DNA of 64,000 bases, from assembly GCA_026023565.1 (NCBI GenBank), contig JAPETS010000022.1, positions 372,001 to 436,000 of the forward strand, written 5' to 3'. Position numbers and translations under genes: made by a program. The stretch comes from Cirrosporium novae-zelandiae. Its lineage: Eukaryota. Within the stretch, counting starts at the first letter, position 1; the number at the start of each line of letters is the position of its first letter. The notes below the pieces were generated by a model. The model had not been told where the DNA came from, did not search any database, and saw only the letters and a program-made list of their open reading frames with translations. This document shows, piece after piece, positions 1-11,431 of the stretch.

Positions 1-204
1 ACGTACTTTGACAGCCAGGATAGATAGCTCCTCGAATAAAGCTAGCCAGGGTACTTCGTGAGCACTACTGACATCATGCGTAAATGGAGATGATAGGTAG
101 TAAATAGGAATTTGAGGGAAAGTACTTATTTAGGTGAGCAACCATTGGCTTTCTCGATAAGCACAGCAATGGCTTGATGCGAAGTTTGGTGGTGCGATTC
201 GAGG

Positions 205-303
205 GAATAGACCAGAATAAATAGACGGCCTACCCCCGACTACCCAAACCGGCCAGACCATGAATGCTCAAGGTCTATTTAGTCTATATAAATGCGAATT
301 ATA
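205..303 (+). mobile_element. Degenerate fragment of hAT-like non-autonomous element family A (subterminal region)
   Basis: GAATAGACCAGA..AAATAGACGG..AAACCGGCCAGACCATGAATGCTCAAGGTCTATTTAGTCTATATAAATGCGAATTATA aligns with 55685-55806 and with the reverse complement of 44461-44608. Confidence 0.7.
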
Positions 304-628
304 GAATAGGAGGGAGATTTTTATGGTATTGAGGTTGGTGGAGGGTGCTTGAGGGCAATGAAGATATCGGAGCTTGGGGGGGTTTTAAAAGCTAAAAAGG
401 TATAATTCCTCGGCTTCTCACCCCCAATACCCACCGGTTGTGGCCCCTAAATATCGTAATTAGTTGGTCTAATTCCAACAATTCAATTCAACTCAATTCG
501 CTTTTAGTGTACCTGTTTATCTATCCATCTATCCATACATCTATCAATTGGATTTCTTTCTCTATATCATCAACCTTATAAACATCACTAGTATCCTCCC
601 TCTCAATACCCAACACCCACAACCACAG

Positions 629-1798
629 TTATAAAACACCCCCCTCTCCGACGCCATCCCCATCACCCCAAACCTTCTCGACTAACCCCCGTCCCCCCTC
701 ATCCCCCAAAATAGTCATAAAGTCTCTCGCCGCCAAAATAGCAGCCCGAACCCTCTCAGTCTCAATCACACTCCCACAGTCCCTCGCCGCCGCGGCCTCT
801 TCATTCGCATCTATGATCATGTCTGCCCAGGAGAAAAGGTCGTGCATTTGTTGGGCGGCGCGACGTTGTTCGCTGTGCGAGTAGAGGGTGAGGGCGCGGT
901 GCCAGATTTGGTTTGTAATTTTTTGGATGGAGTGAGCGAGGGGGGGTGGGGGGTTGTGGTTGTGGCTGTGAGGGTGAGTGTAAGGGGTTGGTTCTGTCTT
1001 TGTTGATTCTGATACTGATTGTGATGCTGAGGCGTTATGGGGGACGCGGGGGTATGGGGTATAGCGATGGTGGTGAAGGTGGAAGGGGCATCGTCGGATG
1101 CAGAGTGTTGAAGTTGAAGGGGAGAAAGTAGAGGAGGTTGGGCGGGTGGTGCTTTTTTTGAGGTAGGCGTGGGCGGCGTCGGTGCAGATTTTAAGGACCC
1201 GTTGGAGGAGGAGAAGTCGTGAGGTGGCGGCTATGGAGATGAAGGAGGCCGGCGTGTATGTGCTCGAGGTCTCTGAGTAGGAACAGCGGGTGCCTTGAAG
1301 CAGGTCTGGGTGGATATTTGACGTTGCCGAGGGGGAGCACGAGGTGGTGCTTGGGATGTGGATTAGTTGGTGGCTATCGACGTTGTTTGCCGGCGGTATG
1401 TTGCTGTTATTGTTGGTGGTGGAGGTGGTAGTGGTTGTAGTATTGGGTGTATTGAGTAGTGATATTTGTGGAGTTGGCGCTCTGAGAGAGGCCTGGGGTG
1501 GACATGGTGTCTGGTTGACTGGAACCGGTAAACTCATCGGTGAGATGGATGGAGAATATCGGATAAGGGAGTTATAACCTGCTGGATTACTTCTGCTAAT
1601 TTGGTTTGGTGTGCCAGAGAAGGGTGAGATGAAATGTGGAAACTGAGGTGTTGGGACGGCCGGTAGAGTATACGAAAATACAGGCCTTGGCTCCGTGGAA
1701 TAGCTCTGGGTCGTCTGATTCTGAGGTGGAGCGGATGTAGTCACCTGTGCTGAATTTGAAAACATATCTCGCCTGTTAGTACAAAGTTGCGATAACAT
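629..1798 (-). CDS. Hypothetical fungal protein (Pro/Ser/Thr-rich N-half, helical C-terminal region); 5' end uncertain
   Basis: 389-codon ORF with ATG start. A possible upstream GTAAGT donor at ~1886 means the start may be spliced. No recognisable domain. Confidence 0.6.
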   Translation of the reverse strand: MLSQLCTNRRDMFSNSAQVTTSAPPQNQTTQSYSTEPRPVFSYTLPAVPTPQFPHFISPFSGTPNQISRSNPAGYNSLIRYSPSISPMSLPVPVNQTPCPPQASLRAPTPQISLLNTPNTTTTTTSTTNNNSNIPPANNVDSHQLIHIPSTTSCSPSATSNIHPDLLQGTRCSYSETSSTYTPASFISIAATSRLLLLQRVLKICTDAAHAYLKKSTTRPTSSTFSPSTSTLCIRRCPFHLHHHRYTPYPRVPHNASASQSVSESTKTEPTPYTHPHSHNHNPPPPLAHSIQKITNQIWHRALTLYSHSEQRRAAQQMHDLFSWADMIIDANEEAAAARDCGSVIETERVRAAILAARDFMTILGDEGGRGLVEKVWGDGDGVGEGGVL

Positions 1799-2209
1799 GA
1801 TTTCGCCAGCTTGATTAAAATCTGGTAAACATGACGGTGGGGCACCTCAAGTTATATTTTGATCAAATAAAGGCGGGTTTACTTACGTGGTATTAGAATC
1901 TTCAGGCAGGTATTGCTATCTTCTACATTCGTGGCTGAAGTCCAAGTTCAGAATCTCAGTGTAACAAATGCTCTTTCATTGTAACAGGACTAGTAGAATA
2001 AACGTCGAAACTGACTGGAACTAATCAGCCATCTTTCGAGGTGGCTGTAATTTTCTAGAATTGGTATTGATCGCAATATGAATTCTTACAGGCAATGTGT
2101 AGTGTATAAGGGTCCATGTGCAAGGTCGAAACGGCATACAAAGAATCCCAGGTTTACTAAAAACAAGGATGTCTCACTAAAGTATGCCCGCAAAATGCAC
2201 CATGTTCTT

Positions 2210-3487
2210 CTATATATTCCAGACCACAACCCTCCCGTCGACTCCGCTGGCTGTTTCATATGAAATAAGTTTCACGGTTACAAATCATAGACAAAGATGG
2301 ACTTACTGCTAAACTTGCTGATAGAACCGCCGGCACCTTCATAGCTCCTGATTGTGTTGATGGTATTTTGGTGTATCGTTTTGAGCTGGGTGTCATCTCT
2401 AGTTTTTCCTTTGAGATCCATCTGCCTAAACATCTGCAGTGCTGATTCTTCGCGAGGACCACCAGCTCCAGGCCCATCTTTAGATTCAATAGAACCAGCC
2501 AGCTGCCAGCCTTCTTCGTTGCCATTGAATCTAAAAGCCTCACAATCCTGATTGAAATTAGTATCATATGGCTTGAAATAGAAGAACATAAGAACTTACA
2601 TAGCCTGCTGCAATAATTTCGCTTTCTCCATTCCAGATCAATCCAGAAAACGGGAGAAGTCCGGTGCTGATGCTGATGATGGCCTTTGGAGCCTGGTCTG
2701 GTGCGCTAGGATATACCACGGTGATACTGCTATCATGGGCTGTGAAAGCAAGGGCATCTCCACTAGGGGAAAAGGCACAATCATGGATCCAACCCGAGGA
2801 GTTGTTCATGAATTCCCCACACACAGTATTAAAAGGCAACCTCTCACCCCAAGCACTAGGTTGAGGTCTCTGGTCAACACCTTTGATGAAACCAGAGAAA
2901 ACACGAGCATGAGCGTCGGTAGAGCCAGCAGCTAATAGAACAGAGTTGGGGTGCCAAGCTACACTGGTGATTGTACTTCGAATGGGTTTCTTCAAATGCT
3001 TCGACACCCACCAGTCATTCTCTTCTTCAAAGTAGCATACAGCAATAACTCTAGCTCCAGACCCTACAGCGAATTTCGTTTCATTAGGTGACCAGCGTAC
3101 GCATGTAGCAGCACGGTTGATTCGAAGGAGTACAAGAGTAGGCTTCCAGCCAGACGGAGAAGGTTCCCATACATAGGCATTTCGATCTATAAGAAAGATA
3201 TCTCAGCAAACAGTAAATTCCGACAGTATGATCTAGGTAGGTTTAAGAAGACATGGATTCCGACCTTGAGAACAGGTAACAATCTTTCCACTATTTAGGG
3301 CAATGTCAACACCTGTGACTGTCTTATCATGTCCCTTCAATTCATCTGCCAAAGTAAATTGTCCTCCCTTTCGAGTATATAGTTCGATATTGTTCTCCCT
3401 GGCAACAGCCACTGTTTGCCTGTCAGCCGAAAAGGAGTGATCGGCGATGGGATGATGGAAAAGATGGTTGACTTCGGGAGCAGCCAT
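2210..3487 (-). CDS. ARC40: Arp2/3 complex subunit 1 (ARPC1/p40), WD40 protein, multi-exon
   Basis: MAAPEVNHLFHHPIADHSFS..LKGHDKTVTGVDIA..IVTCSQD; SKHLKKPIRSTITSVAWHPNSVLLAAGSTD; ESALQMFRQMDLKG..LKTIHQNTI. Hand-spliced last exon TSGVDGRVVVWNI* (TAG at 2210-2212). Confidence 0.95.
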
Positions 3488-3782
3488 GGCGAATGACTTG
3501 GAACTTTGCAATAGGAGTAGCTCTCTACTATTGCAGCCGTTAATAAATGGTCAAAGTAGTTTAGCTGGGGTGGTTGATTACACTTGACGTCGGAAATAGC
3601 TGATTACATAAAGTTCTGCTAGTAGCCTTGGAGCCTTAGAACGTACTGTAGCTTAATTTTGGCCGACTTGGTACAAAGTAGCAATCCACAACCCAATATC
3701 TCTCTAATCTTTGAAGCTCATTCTTCCCGCCCTTGCGCATACAAAGTTCCTTTTGTTGTATTGTGCCGTGTATATCTTCATA

Positions 3783-4482
3783 ATGGCTACTAAAATGAGA
3801 TCGGTGCGCAACAACACTTCAGCGAAACTAAATCCAGGTGTCCCCAATCAAACGTGAGGAATACTGTTGAAGGCTTTGAATTCATTTGCTAATCTTGATT
3901 TTTTAGTCTATATTGCACCAATTTACCAGACAAAATCCCGAAAGAAGATCTTCGACGGTCGCTTTACATGCTGTTTTCATCATATGGCCCAGTTCTCGAC
4001 GTCGTGGCATTGAAGACAATGAAAATGAGAGGGCAGGCCCATATAGTTTTCCGTGATATCCAAGCCAGTACTCAGGCCATGAATGCACTGCAAAATTTTG
4101 ATTTTTTTGGGAAAAACATGGTTAGTTTGAACTCTGGCACTTTAGAGGAGATTGATTTACTGATGGATTTCGGTTCCAGAGGATAGTCTACGCTAAAGGG
4201 AAGTCTGACATAGTGGCCAAACTTGCTGGCATTCGATACACACCACCAGCAGCTACCTCAGCAGCAATGACTGGATTACAACAATCAATTTTCAATGCGC
4301 CGCCTTCTTCGGTTCCCCCGTCGAATGTCAAGTCAATTGACCAAAACCATCAAGACGCTACTTCCGAGGTCGGAAGTGCTCACGGACAGAAACGTCCACG
4401 GGATGATGAAAGTGATGAAGGAGCCCCAATGGAGGAGGATAGCGATGCGCCTATGGAAGACTCTTCTTCAGAGGAGGAATGA
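3783..4482 (+). CDS. U1A/U2B''-family snRNP RRM protein, 3 exons
   Basis: PNQT/LYCTNLPDKIPKEDLRRSLYMLFSSYGPVLDVVALKTMKMRGQAHIVF..FFGKNM/RIVYAKGKSD is the U1A/U2B'' RRM1 signature. GT-AG introns at ~3854-3906 and ~4121-4179. Head-to-head with ARC40 across ~295 bp. Confidence 0.9.
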
Positions 4483-4585
4483 TTGGAAAGTCAAATTCTG
4501 AAATCCGGATCTTCTCGTAGCCAGGATACAAGGTTTGTAAGCGCGCCTTCTACCGCGATCTAGGATCGTGACGGATGGGTTGTGT

Positions 4586-5443
4586 TTACCTTGCGCTAGA
4601 TTCGATGTTGGCGCTATTGCCTTGTTGTTTATTCATAATGCTGGAACCCATGTCGCTCGGGACGTTTAAGCCCACGCACCCTCCCACAAGGCCCAACCAA
4701 ATTAGCATATACTCGTCAGGTCGCAGCTCTCTTCCATGGGCGATTTCTGAGATTGCATCGGCTGTCTTGCAGGGATGGATGAAAAAAACAGGAAAGTCGA
4801 AGAGTGGGTGGTTCTAGAGGGATCAGCGTTAATGATGGATGCAGTAAGCTAGCAAGCTCACAATTATGCTAATACCACCAATAATTCCATGTTCTCGCAG
4901 ATTACCTTGCAGGTGTTTGGGGACGAGATTTTGATAGACTATGTCGATGCCTCCGGATGTTGAGGAAGCATGATTTTGGAGAAAGAAATACAAGACTGGA
5001 ACCCGATAGGTCGGCGATAGTATAATATGATATTCTACTCCGGAGCTGAGGCTTTGATCATGGGGGCGAGGAAGCTCCTCCTATGTATAATTTCAGTATT
5101 AACAGCAGATACGTAGGCGCTGGTGGTAGCACCTCGTCCTCATCATCTTCTATTTCATCTACATCTACTGTACAAGGGTTGGGGGATTCCGAGCCGATGG
5201 TCACACAACGTCTGATGGCAAGATAACGTTGATAGTTCTATCAGATGCACGATTAGGCAAGATTCCAACCGATAGATGTTATAGCTGACAAGGTATGCCG
5301 GTCCTTACATGTTGTCGCAATTCGACACTGGTCCAGTCGCAATTTCCCCGCTCTGGGGAAGACATGTAGGCATGATAGAAATGGTCGGCAGCAGCCACAA
5401 ACTCTTGGGGCTCCAAGAAGGGTGATGCGGACGAGACATGCAT
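4586..5443 (-). CDS. ATG10: Autophagy E2-like conjugating enzyme Atg10 (Atg3/Atg10 family), 4 exons; not in ORF track
   Basis: Hand-spliced: MHVSSASPFLEPQEFVAAADHFY..; VEYHIILSPTYRVPVLYF; GIIGGISII/NHPLFDFPVFFIHPCKTADAI (HPC catalytic Cys); EYMLIWLGLVGGCVGL. Confidence 0.88.
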
Positions 5444-5715
5444 TATTGTCAAAAGCGAATAGATTTTTCAGCTTGATAACTGTGACGATGAGGTATTTGG
5501 GGAGTACGCGTACTTGTAGTGACACAAGCCAAACGATGTATTTGGTGGATGTATGTATGTATGGATGTGCAGTACAGTTCACAGGCCTCAAACTGGGCTG
5601 GGAAGAAGGAGGGGGAGCGTCGTATTATAGTTCAAAGTAGGTTGATAGGAAATTTGTGGTGGTAAGGTGTAGGATCTGTGGCTGTGGCTGGGTAATTCTG
5701 TGGCGGATGAGGCTA

Positions 5716-5820
5716 TTCTGGTTCTTCTGGTTCTTCTGGCTCTCTTCTGGCACTTCTGGCACTTCTGGCACTTCTGGCACTTCTGGCACTTCTGGCACTT
5801 CTGGCACTTCTGGTTCTTCT
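5716..5820. repeat. 9-bp tandem repeat (CTTCTGGCA)x7 with TTCTTCTGG variants
   Basis: Directly visible. It produces the spurious QKC/PEV/SGT repeat ORFs in the track. Confidence 0.9.
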
Positions 5821-7689
5821 TCTTGTTTTGATCTTCATTTTCGGCCAACAGGCGAACCGACAGACAGACTAACAGACGAACAGATGAACAGCCAAGGGCT
5901 CCACTCCTGCAAAAGTTGGTCTGAGCTTTCCCTAGTCAAATCACAAGGAGGACTGTAATTAAATGAATCTGGTTGGAAACATGAACCAACTTTCAAGTTT
6001 CATCTCTCAAACTGTCCAGGAATGTAAATTGTTGAATCTCCCCCCAATCCCAACTAATTATCCACATCGTATTTATCATTTATCCAGGTTGAAGCAAATC
6101 CGTGCATAACTATTACATAAGAAGTTAATCGTTACATCAGATCCTCCAGGTTTCAGAATTTCCTCGTGGCTCCTCAACCAGCCAAGAGCACGACGCATGG
6201 AAACTTGTATTTGGTATACAGGACCCGTACATGGATCAAGGATGATGGATGACTAAGGCGACTAAGGGTGACAGATTTGTTGATCTGCTCTTCCGAAATA
6301 CACATTCCCCACATGATTCACCGTAGTTTTACGATAGTATCATTATATTGCTACCTCTCTACTCGAGTACAATAAAATCACTCAGCAAGAGATCTCGATT
6401 GGCAGGTAGATTATCTGTGGATTGTGGATTAACAAAAAAGAAACCAAGACAGGTATGATGTGAGGTGTTAGCTGAGGTGTTAGCTGAGGTGTTAATTGAG
6501 CAGGAGACGGTAAAGGATGGATTGATAGGAAAATGGAATCGAGTGATTTGAGTGGATTCGAATAAATCCGGTTTTTTACTTTTGCCTCTGATGGCTAACT
6601 TCGAGTACTGATGGCTAATGGCTACTCATCATGCTTGGATGGTTTGCTATCAGCTGGTTGGTGCTTGGTTGATGCTTGGCTGGGTGCAGCTTTACTTTGG
6701 TCGGGCTTTACCATTTGAGGCTTTCTTCGGGTGGGGCTTGACCTTAGCAGCCATTAGTATATTCATCAACTTGTCATGAATGCTGCTGAATGGTCATGAT
6801 GGACCAAAAGAGGCTCCAAAAAGGAAACCCAGTGCATTTCCTAAAACTAAAAACTCGCAAGCTTCAATCACTGCATGTTCCAACCTTTTATAATCCAATA
6901 ACCTTTCAATTTTACTCTTTTAGAAATTCAAACCTAGCCTCCTATAAACCATAATCGTTCATCCATCCATCCACACCCCCCTGTACAGTGTACTTGCTAA
7001 ACATAATTGATGTATCGTATGTATCGTCCATCTATCTTCCAAGCTGGAAAGATCTGTTTATTGTAACTATTCCATGTAGCTTATGCTCGTGCTCTTCAAC
7101 AAAGATTACCCAGATTCCCTGTACCTAGACCACTATCAAAGACCAAGACCAAGACTTGTGCGTAAAAGGTCCTAGAGTAAAAGTAGGGGCCTCGTTGTCT
7201 GTGCCTTTCACCGATCGATCCAACCATTCATCTGCTTCCACTGCCTCAATCCCCGACCTTCCTTCCTATTACCTTTGTCCTCACCTTATACCCTCCCAGT
7301 CTTCAACCTTACTGTTACAATTCCCCACTCAATGGCAACATCTGCAGTTGCCATCACCTTTACATATATACTCCATCTAGACCATCCTTGCCTATCAATT
7401 CAATTCTCTTGATAGCAACCTTGCATCTTTCAATTATCACCCAGCTGATCAATACTGCACCTGATTATCGTGAACCCGCAGCTTCCATCTTTTGTCCTAA
7501 CCCGTACCGTATTTGGTGGTCTAGTGATATTGAGGGGGGGCAGCATATATTTCTTGGCCGTAGGTGCTCTCGAGCTTTGGCTATCCGTTTCATAGAATCA
7601 TATCTAATTCTAATTGTCATAGAAACCGGTATCGGAATGGCAGATCAACAAATGGCCTAAGTGTCGTCCTCGAAAGGGGTGGAGTTGAC

Positions 7690-10659
7690 ATGGGGAATGC
7701 TCAGTCCTCAGAGGAGGCTCCTAAAGAGATCAGAGAGATCAAAGAAATTAAAGAGACCAATCGACTGTCCAAACCACGAACGAACAACTCATCATCTAAT
7801 CTGTTGACCGCTGGCCGGCATCGTTCATCTGTCATATCACCTTCCCTTTCCCCACAGGAAGAGAGCGAGACCGACAGGCTATCGTGGGCTATAAACCGTC
7901 GTTCTACACGAGCAGAGATTCGTGCACATATTTTTGAGGATGGGAGTGAGAATGGGGCAGGCCAGACTTTGACAGCTGATAGTGTTGATCATAACGCATC
8001 CGATATTCTTTCAGAAACGACCGCGGATAATTCGTCTCCGGAGGGTTCTACAACACATACGAGTGAGACGGGGAGTGGACATGGCCCATCTCTGGTGGGA
8101 TCTAAAGAGGCAAGTTTGGATGGAAAGGTTGATCAGATACGGCAAAGTATGGATGAGAAGACAATGAACACCAACAGGGTTTCAATGGCATCTTTTTCTC
8201 CGTCTTCCGATGGTCCGATACCCAGGCCTCAAGCAACATCCTCTATTATACGTCGCAGATCTCTTTTACAGACACCTGGAATTGCCACCAGGACGTTCCG
8301 TGGTCATAAGAAATCCTTGTCAACTCAAGACGGCGGAAATCATGAGTCCCGCGCCGAGGCCAAGGACCGACGATATTCGGAGCCTCCCACAGGTGATTTA
8401 CGAATAGCTTTTGATTCAGCCGATGCGGGACGATGTAGTACTCCATCAGAATTCAATTTAAGTCTTGGGTATCTTGGTAGTCTGAAACCAGGGACTTTGC
8501 ATGTTGTGAATGGTAATGCGTCCCCTGCTGCAAGTGAGCGTAGCCACGTATCCAAGCTTTCCAACTCAAAACAACCAGAGACGAGTTATTTTTCATTTTC
8601 AGAGGCAAAGCCAGCTCCCGAAACCCCAGTCTCTATGGCTACTACATTACATCCAGCAGAAAAGGCCTCCAATTCAACTTTCTTCATTGACGACGCCGAA
8701 GGGTACTTTGACACAGTTACCCCAGAATTTTCCAAGGCCTTTCCTGTCGAAAGCAGTCCCTCCAGATGGTCAGTGGACGTCAATACGGGACATGCACTCC
8801 CAGATACCAGAGCGAGGTCGTCTAGTTTGGGATTTGGGGAACTCCGTTCGGACTCTATACGTCAAAAAAAGCAAGTTCGGTTTTCAGATGACCCGCAAGA
8901 CTCAAAATTTAAATTACCAAATTACTCATATCCCCTGCCAACGCTCACCAATTCTACCCTTCAGACCACGTCAAAGCGAACCGAAGTTGAAGACAACCTT
9001 TTCGATGACGAAGGCTATTCGGGGCCATGGGATGAAGAAATCTCCTCGGCATTGAAAAATATTTCCAGTGGTGGCATCTCTCCAAGAAGTTCCTCTAGGG
9101 TGACTGTTAACTCTCCTGATATTTTTAACTCTGGGTTGTATTTTGATCGTCCGACTCATTCGAATTCGCAGAGAAGAGATGCCGCTCAAGGACCACGGGT
9201 TACCCGCCAACAGTCCCCACCGAAGCCAATCCGTCAAACGGATAGTGGCTATAGCTCTGAGCTTTCAATTTATTCCCTTCATCATCGATTTTCTTTCGAA
9301 GCTGATGCGGCAGAACGGTCTGCTGGTAAGACCAATCTAATGAGAAGTAAGAGTTCCTCCAAGCTTGAATCGCAGAACGTGTTCAAGCCCCTTCCCCCTC
9401 TTCCTCCTTGTCGATCTACCGGCTTTGAAAATACGTCGGTAGATTCCGATTTATTGTACATGCCAATGTTAAAGGATCCAAAATGGAAATCACACCAGAG
9501 CTTTTCGCATCAAGGCTCGACGTCGACTAGGCCTCGCCGTCATTACCGGACTCAAAGTGAATCCTATGTTTCTCGATCGGATCCGAGGAATGCCAAATCA
9601 TTTCCCCGCCCTAAGATTGGTGACCGAACGTCATCAGTACCCGCAGAATCTGCAACAGGCCAGGAACGGGGCCCATATGAGCATGCTTTTCCCGACTATC
9701 CATTTTATGACCCTCAACTTTCAAACAGGAAGAGCACCCCTGATTATTCGACATCCTGCCTACCCATCCGGATGCCATCTTTAACGTCCAAGGCAAAGGA
9801 CAGCCCAACAGAATCAAATAGTTCGGAAGAGAGAGTGAAACAGGCTCTTACCCGAATTCGCTCCAAGTGCAGTGATATAAGAAGGTCGAGATCGCTCAGA
9901 AGGAATAGTGATACCGCTTCTTCCGGAACATCCACTCCAGCTGAAATGGAACCAGTTCTGCAGTCTCGTGGTCCAGGGAATTGCAATAGCACCCCGAGAT
10001 CATATTCTCTACAACGAGAGTCTCGGAAAGAGCTCTCTATTTCTACGACAAAAATTTCCAGGAGTTATTCGTCGACGGAATTGACCCGCCTTCAAGAAAC
10101 CGCTGTCAAGCCGAGACGTACAAAGTCCATCCCACGTAACATATATTTAACCCGGAATTTGGCAGGCAATAAAGACGACCGAAAGGTCTTGCCAGGCAAA
10201 CTTGGGAGAACCAGAAGTTGCGTAGAAAGCACGCCACCGATCCCCACCATGCCATCGATTGCAGAAGTCCAGCAGAAAGAGGTAGTAACCTCGAGTTTGG
10301 TCTCACAAAAGACGGAGGTTTGGATATCCTCAAAATCTACCCCAAAATCTACCGTTCCTACTCGCCCGCAATACAATCGACAGCCCACCCACGAGCGAGA
10401 TCTCGGACGTATCTCTCTCCCCAAGACCCACCGAACTCATAACCGGTGCAAATCCGAAAACGCAGTTCCTCGACCTTCACGGCCAAGGGCTCGTTCAGAT
10501 ATCGGTAAACTTCCCTCAAACCAATTTTCGAATCACTACTATAGCGGACTCCTTTACGATTTTGACCGTGACTGCGATGATAGGAGTAACAGATTTGGGT
10601 CTCCTAGCGAGGTACCTATTTCCTTGCAGTCGGCACTTCGAATGCCCGTTGCCACATAA
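7690..10659 (+). CDS. Large Ser/Arg/Pro-rich, mostly disordered hypothetical protein (989 aa) with N-myristoylation motif
   Basis: Single long ORF. First in-frame ATG gives MGNAQS (MGxxxS). Short conserved-looking islands RRRSLLQTPGIATR, LGSLKPGTLHVVNGNASP and DSGYSS. Confidence 0.8.
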   Translation: MGNAQSSEEAPKEIREIKEIKETNRLSKPRTNNSSSNLLTAGRHRSSVISPSLSPQEESETDRLSWAINRRSTRAEIRAHIFEDGSENGAGQTLTADSVDHNASDILSETTADNSSPEGSTTHTSETGSGHGPSLVGSKEASLDGKVDQIRQSMDEKTMNTNRVSMASFSPSSDGPIPRPQATSSIIRRRSLLQTPGIATRTFRGHKKSLSTQDGGNHESRAEAKDRRYSEPPTGDLRIAFDSADAGRCSTPSEFNLSLGYLGSLKPGTLHVVNGNASPAASERSHVSKLSNSKQPETSYFSFSEAKPAPETPVSMATTLHPAEKASNSTFFIDDAEGYFDTVTPEFSKAFPVESSPSRWSVDVNTGHALPDTRARSSSLGFGELRSDSIRQKKQVRFSDDPQDSKFKLPNYSYPLPTLTNSTLQTTSKRTEVEDNLFDDEGYSGPWDEEISSALKNISSGGISPRSSSRVTVNSPDIFNSGLYFDRPTHSNSQRRDAAQGPRVTRQQSPPKPIRQTDSGYSSELSIYSLHHRFSFEADAAERSAGKTNLMRSKSSSKLESQNVFKPLPPLPPCRSTGFENTSVDSDLLYMPMLKDPKWKSHQSFSHQGSTSTRPRRHYRTQSESYVSRSDPRNAKSFPRPKIGDRTSSVPAESATGQERGPYEHAFPDYPFYDPQLSNRKSTPDYSTSCLPIRMPSLTSKAKDSPTESNSSEERVKQALTRIRSKCSDIRRSRSLRRNSDTASSGTSTPAEMEPVLQSRGPGNCNSTPRSYSLQRESRKELSISTTKISRSYSSTELTRLQETAVKPRRTKSIPRNIYLTRNLAGNKDDRKVLPGKLGRTRSCVESTPPIPTMPSIAEVQQKEVVTSSLVSQKTEVWISSKSTPKSTVPTRPQYNRQPTHERDLGRISLPKTHRTHNRCKSENAVPRPSRPRARSDIGKLPSNQFSNHYYSGLLYDFDRDCDDRSNRFGSPSEVPISLQSALRMPVAT

Positions 10660-11431
10660 AAAAATAACGCATTTTATTTTTGATTCCTTGTTATTTTCAT
10701 ACGAGGACCACCTTGCACCTTTTGATCTTTATTCATGATGATGGAATTTCGCATAAAAAATGGGTGTTCATCTGCATAGAGGAGCGAGGGTATCTAACCA
10801 TTATCATGGAGTTTTTTTTTCGGGTTTAGATCATATATCATTTTAGGAACAGGAAGGAAAGGAAAGGAAGGGGAAAGGGGAAAGGGGGAACCAGGCAAGG
10901 TTTTGTTATTTTTTAGCCTTGAATATATACCCGGCTTACGAGCCCCCTTCGGCGAAAGCTGAAACTTATATATACGTACACACGCAGACTTTTTTACGAT
11001 TTTTTTTTTTTTTAGCTTTTTAGTGCCGTCAGACAAAATACATATAAAGATGGCAAAAAATATTTTTTTGGAAAGTATATCAAGTAATTATCATTTTTGC
11101 AAAAAGTTAGATGGAAGTGGCTTGGGATAGGCGGGATAGGCAGGGGTTTGTCGTTGTATCAAAAAATGAACTACGTTGTAACGTGTATGGGGGCATAAAA
11201 TATTAATTAGATTTGAATTCTTTATTAATGCCTTGAGTGTCTAGTCTTTCTAAACCAATCAATCCAATCAACGTTTTCCGATCTGTATCTATATAACTTC
11301 CTAACTTCCTAGCTTTCCCAATCATTGGATCTAACTAACTCTAATCATCACGTACATACAGTACACACACACAAGCTCTTTATTCAATCCAATCCCAATC
11401 CAATACCAACTCTCCCCCCCCCGCAAAAAAA

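Noticed and set aside
5588..5958. ORFs with QKC/PEV/SGT repeats (metallothionein-like look)
   Set aside because: They are translations of a 9-bp tandem repeat, open on both strands only because the unit has no stop codon.
7564..7689. N-terminal extensions from GTG/TTG starts (also 14860-15018, 39846 and others)
   Set aside because: These are prokaryote-style starts in the ORF track. The ATG-initiated or spliced models fit the protein families better.
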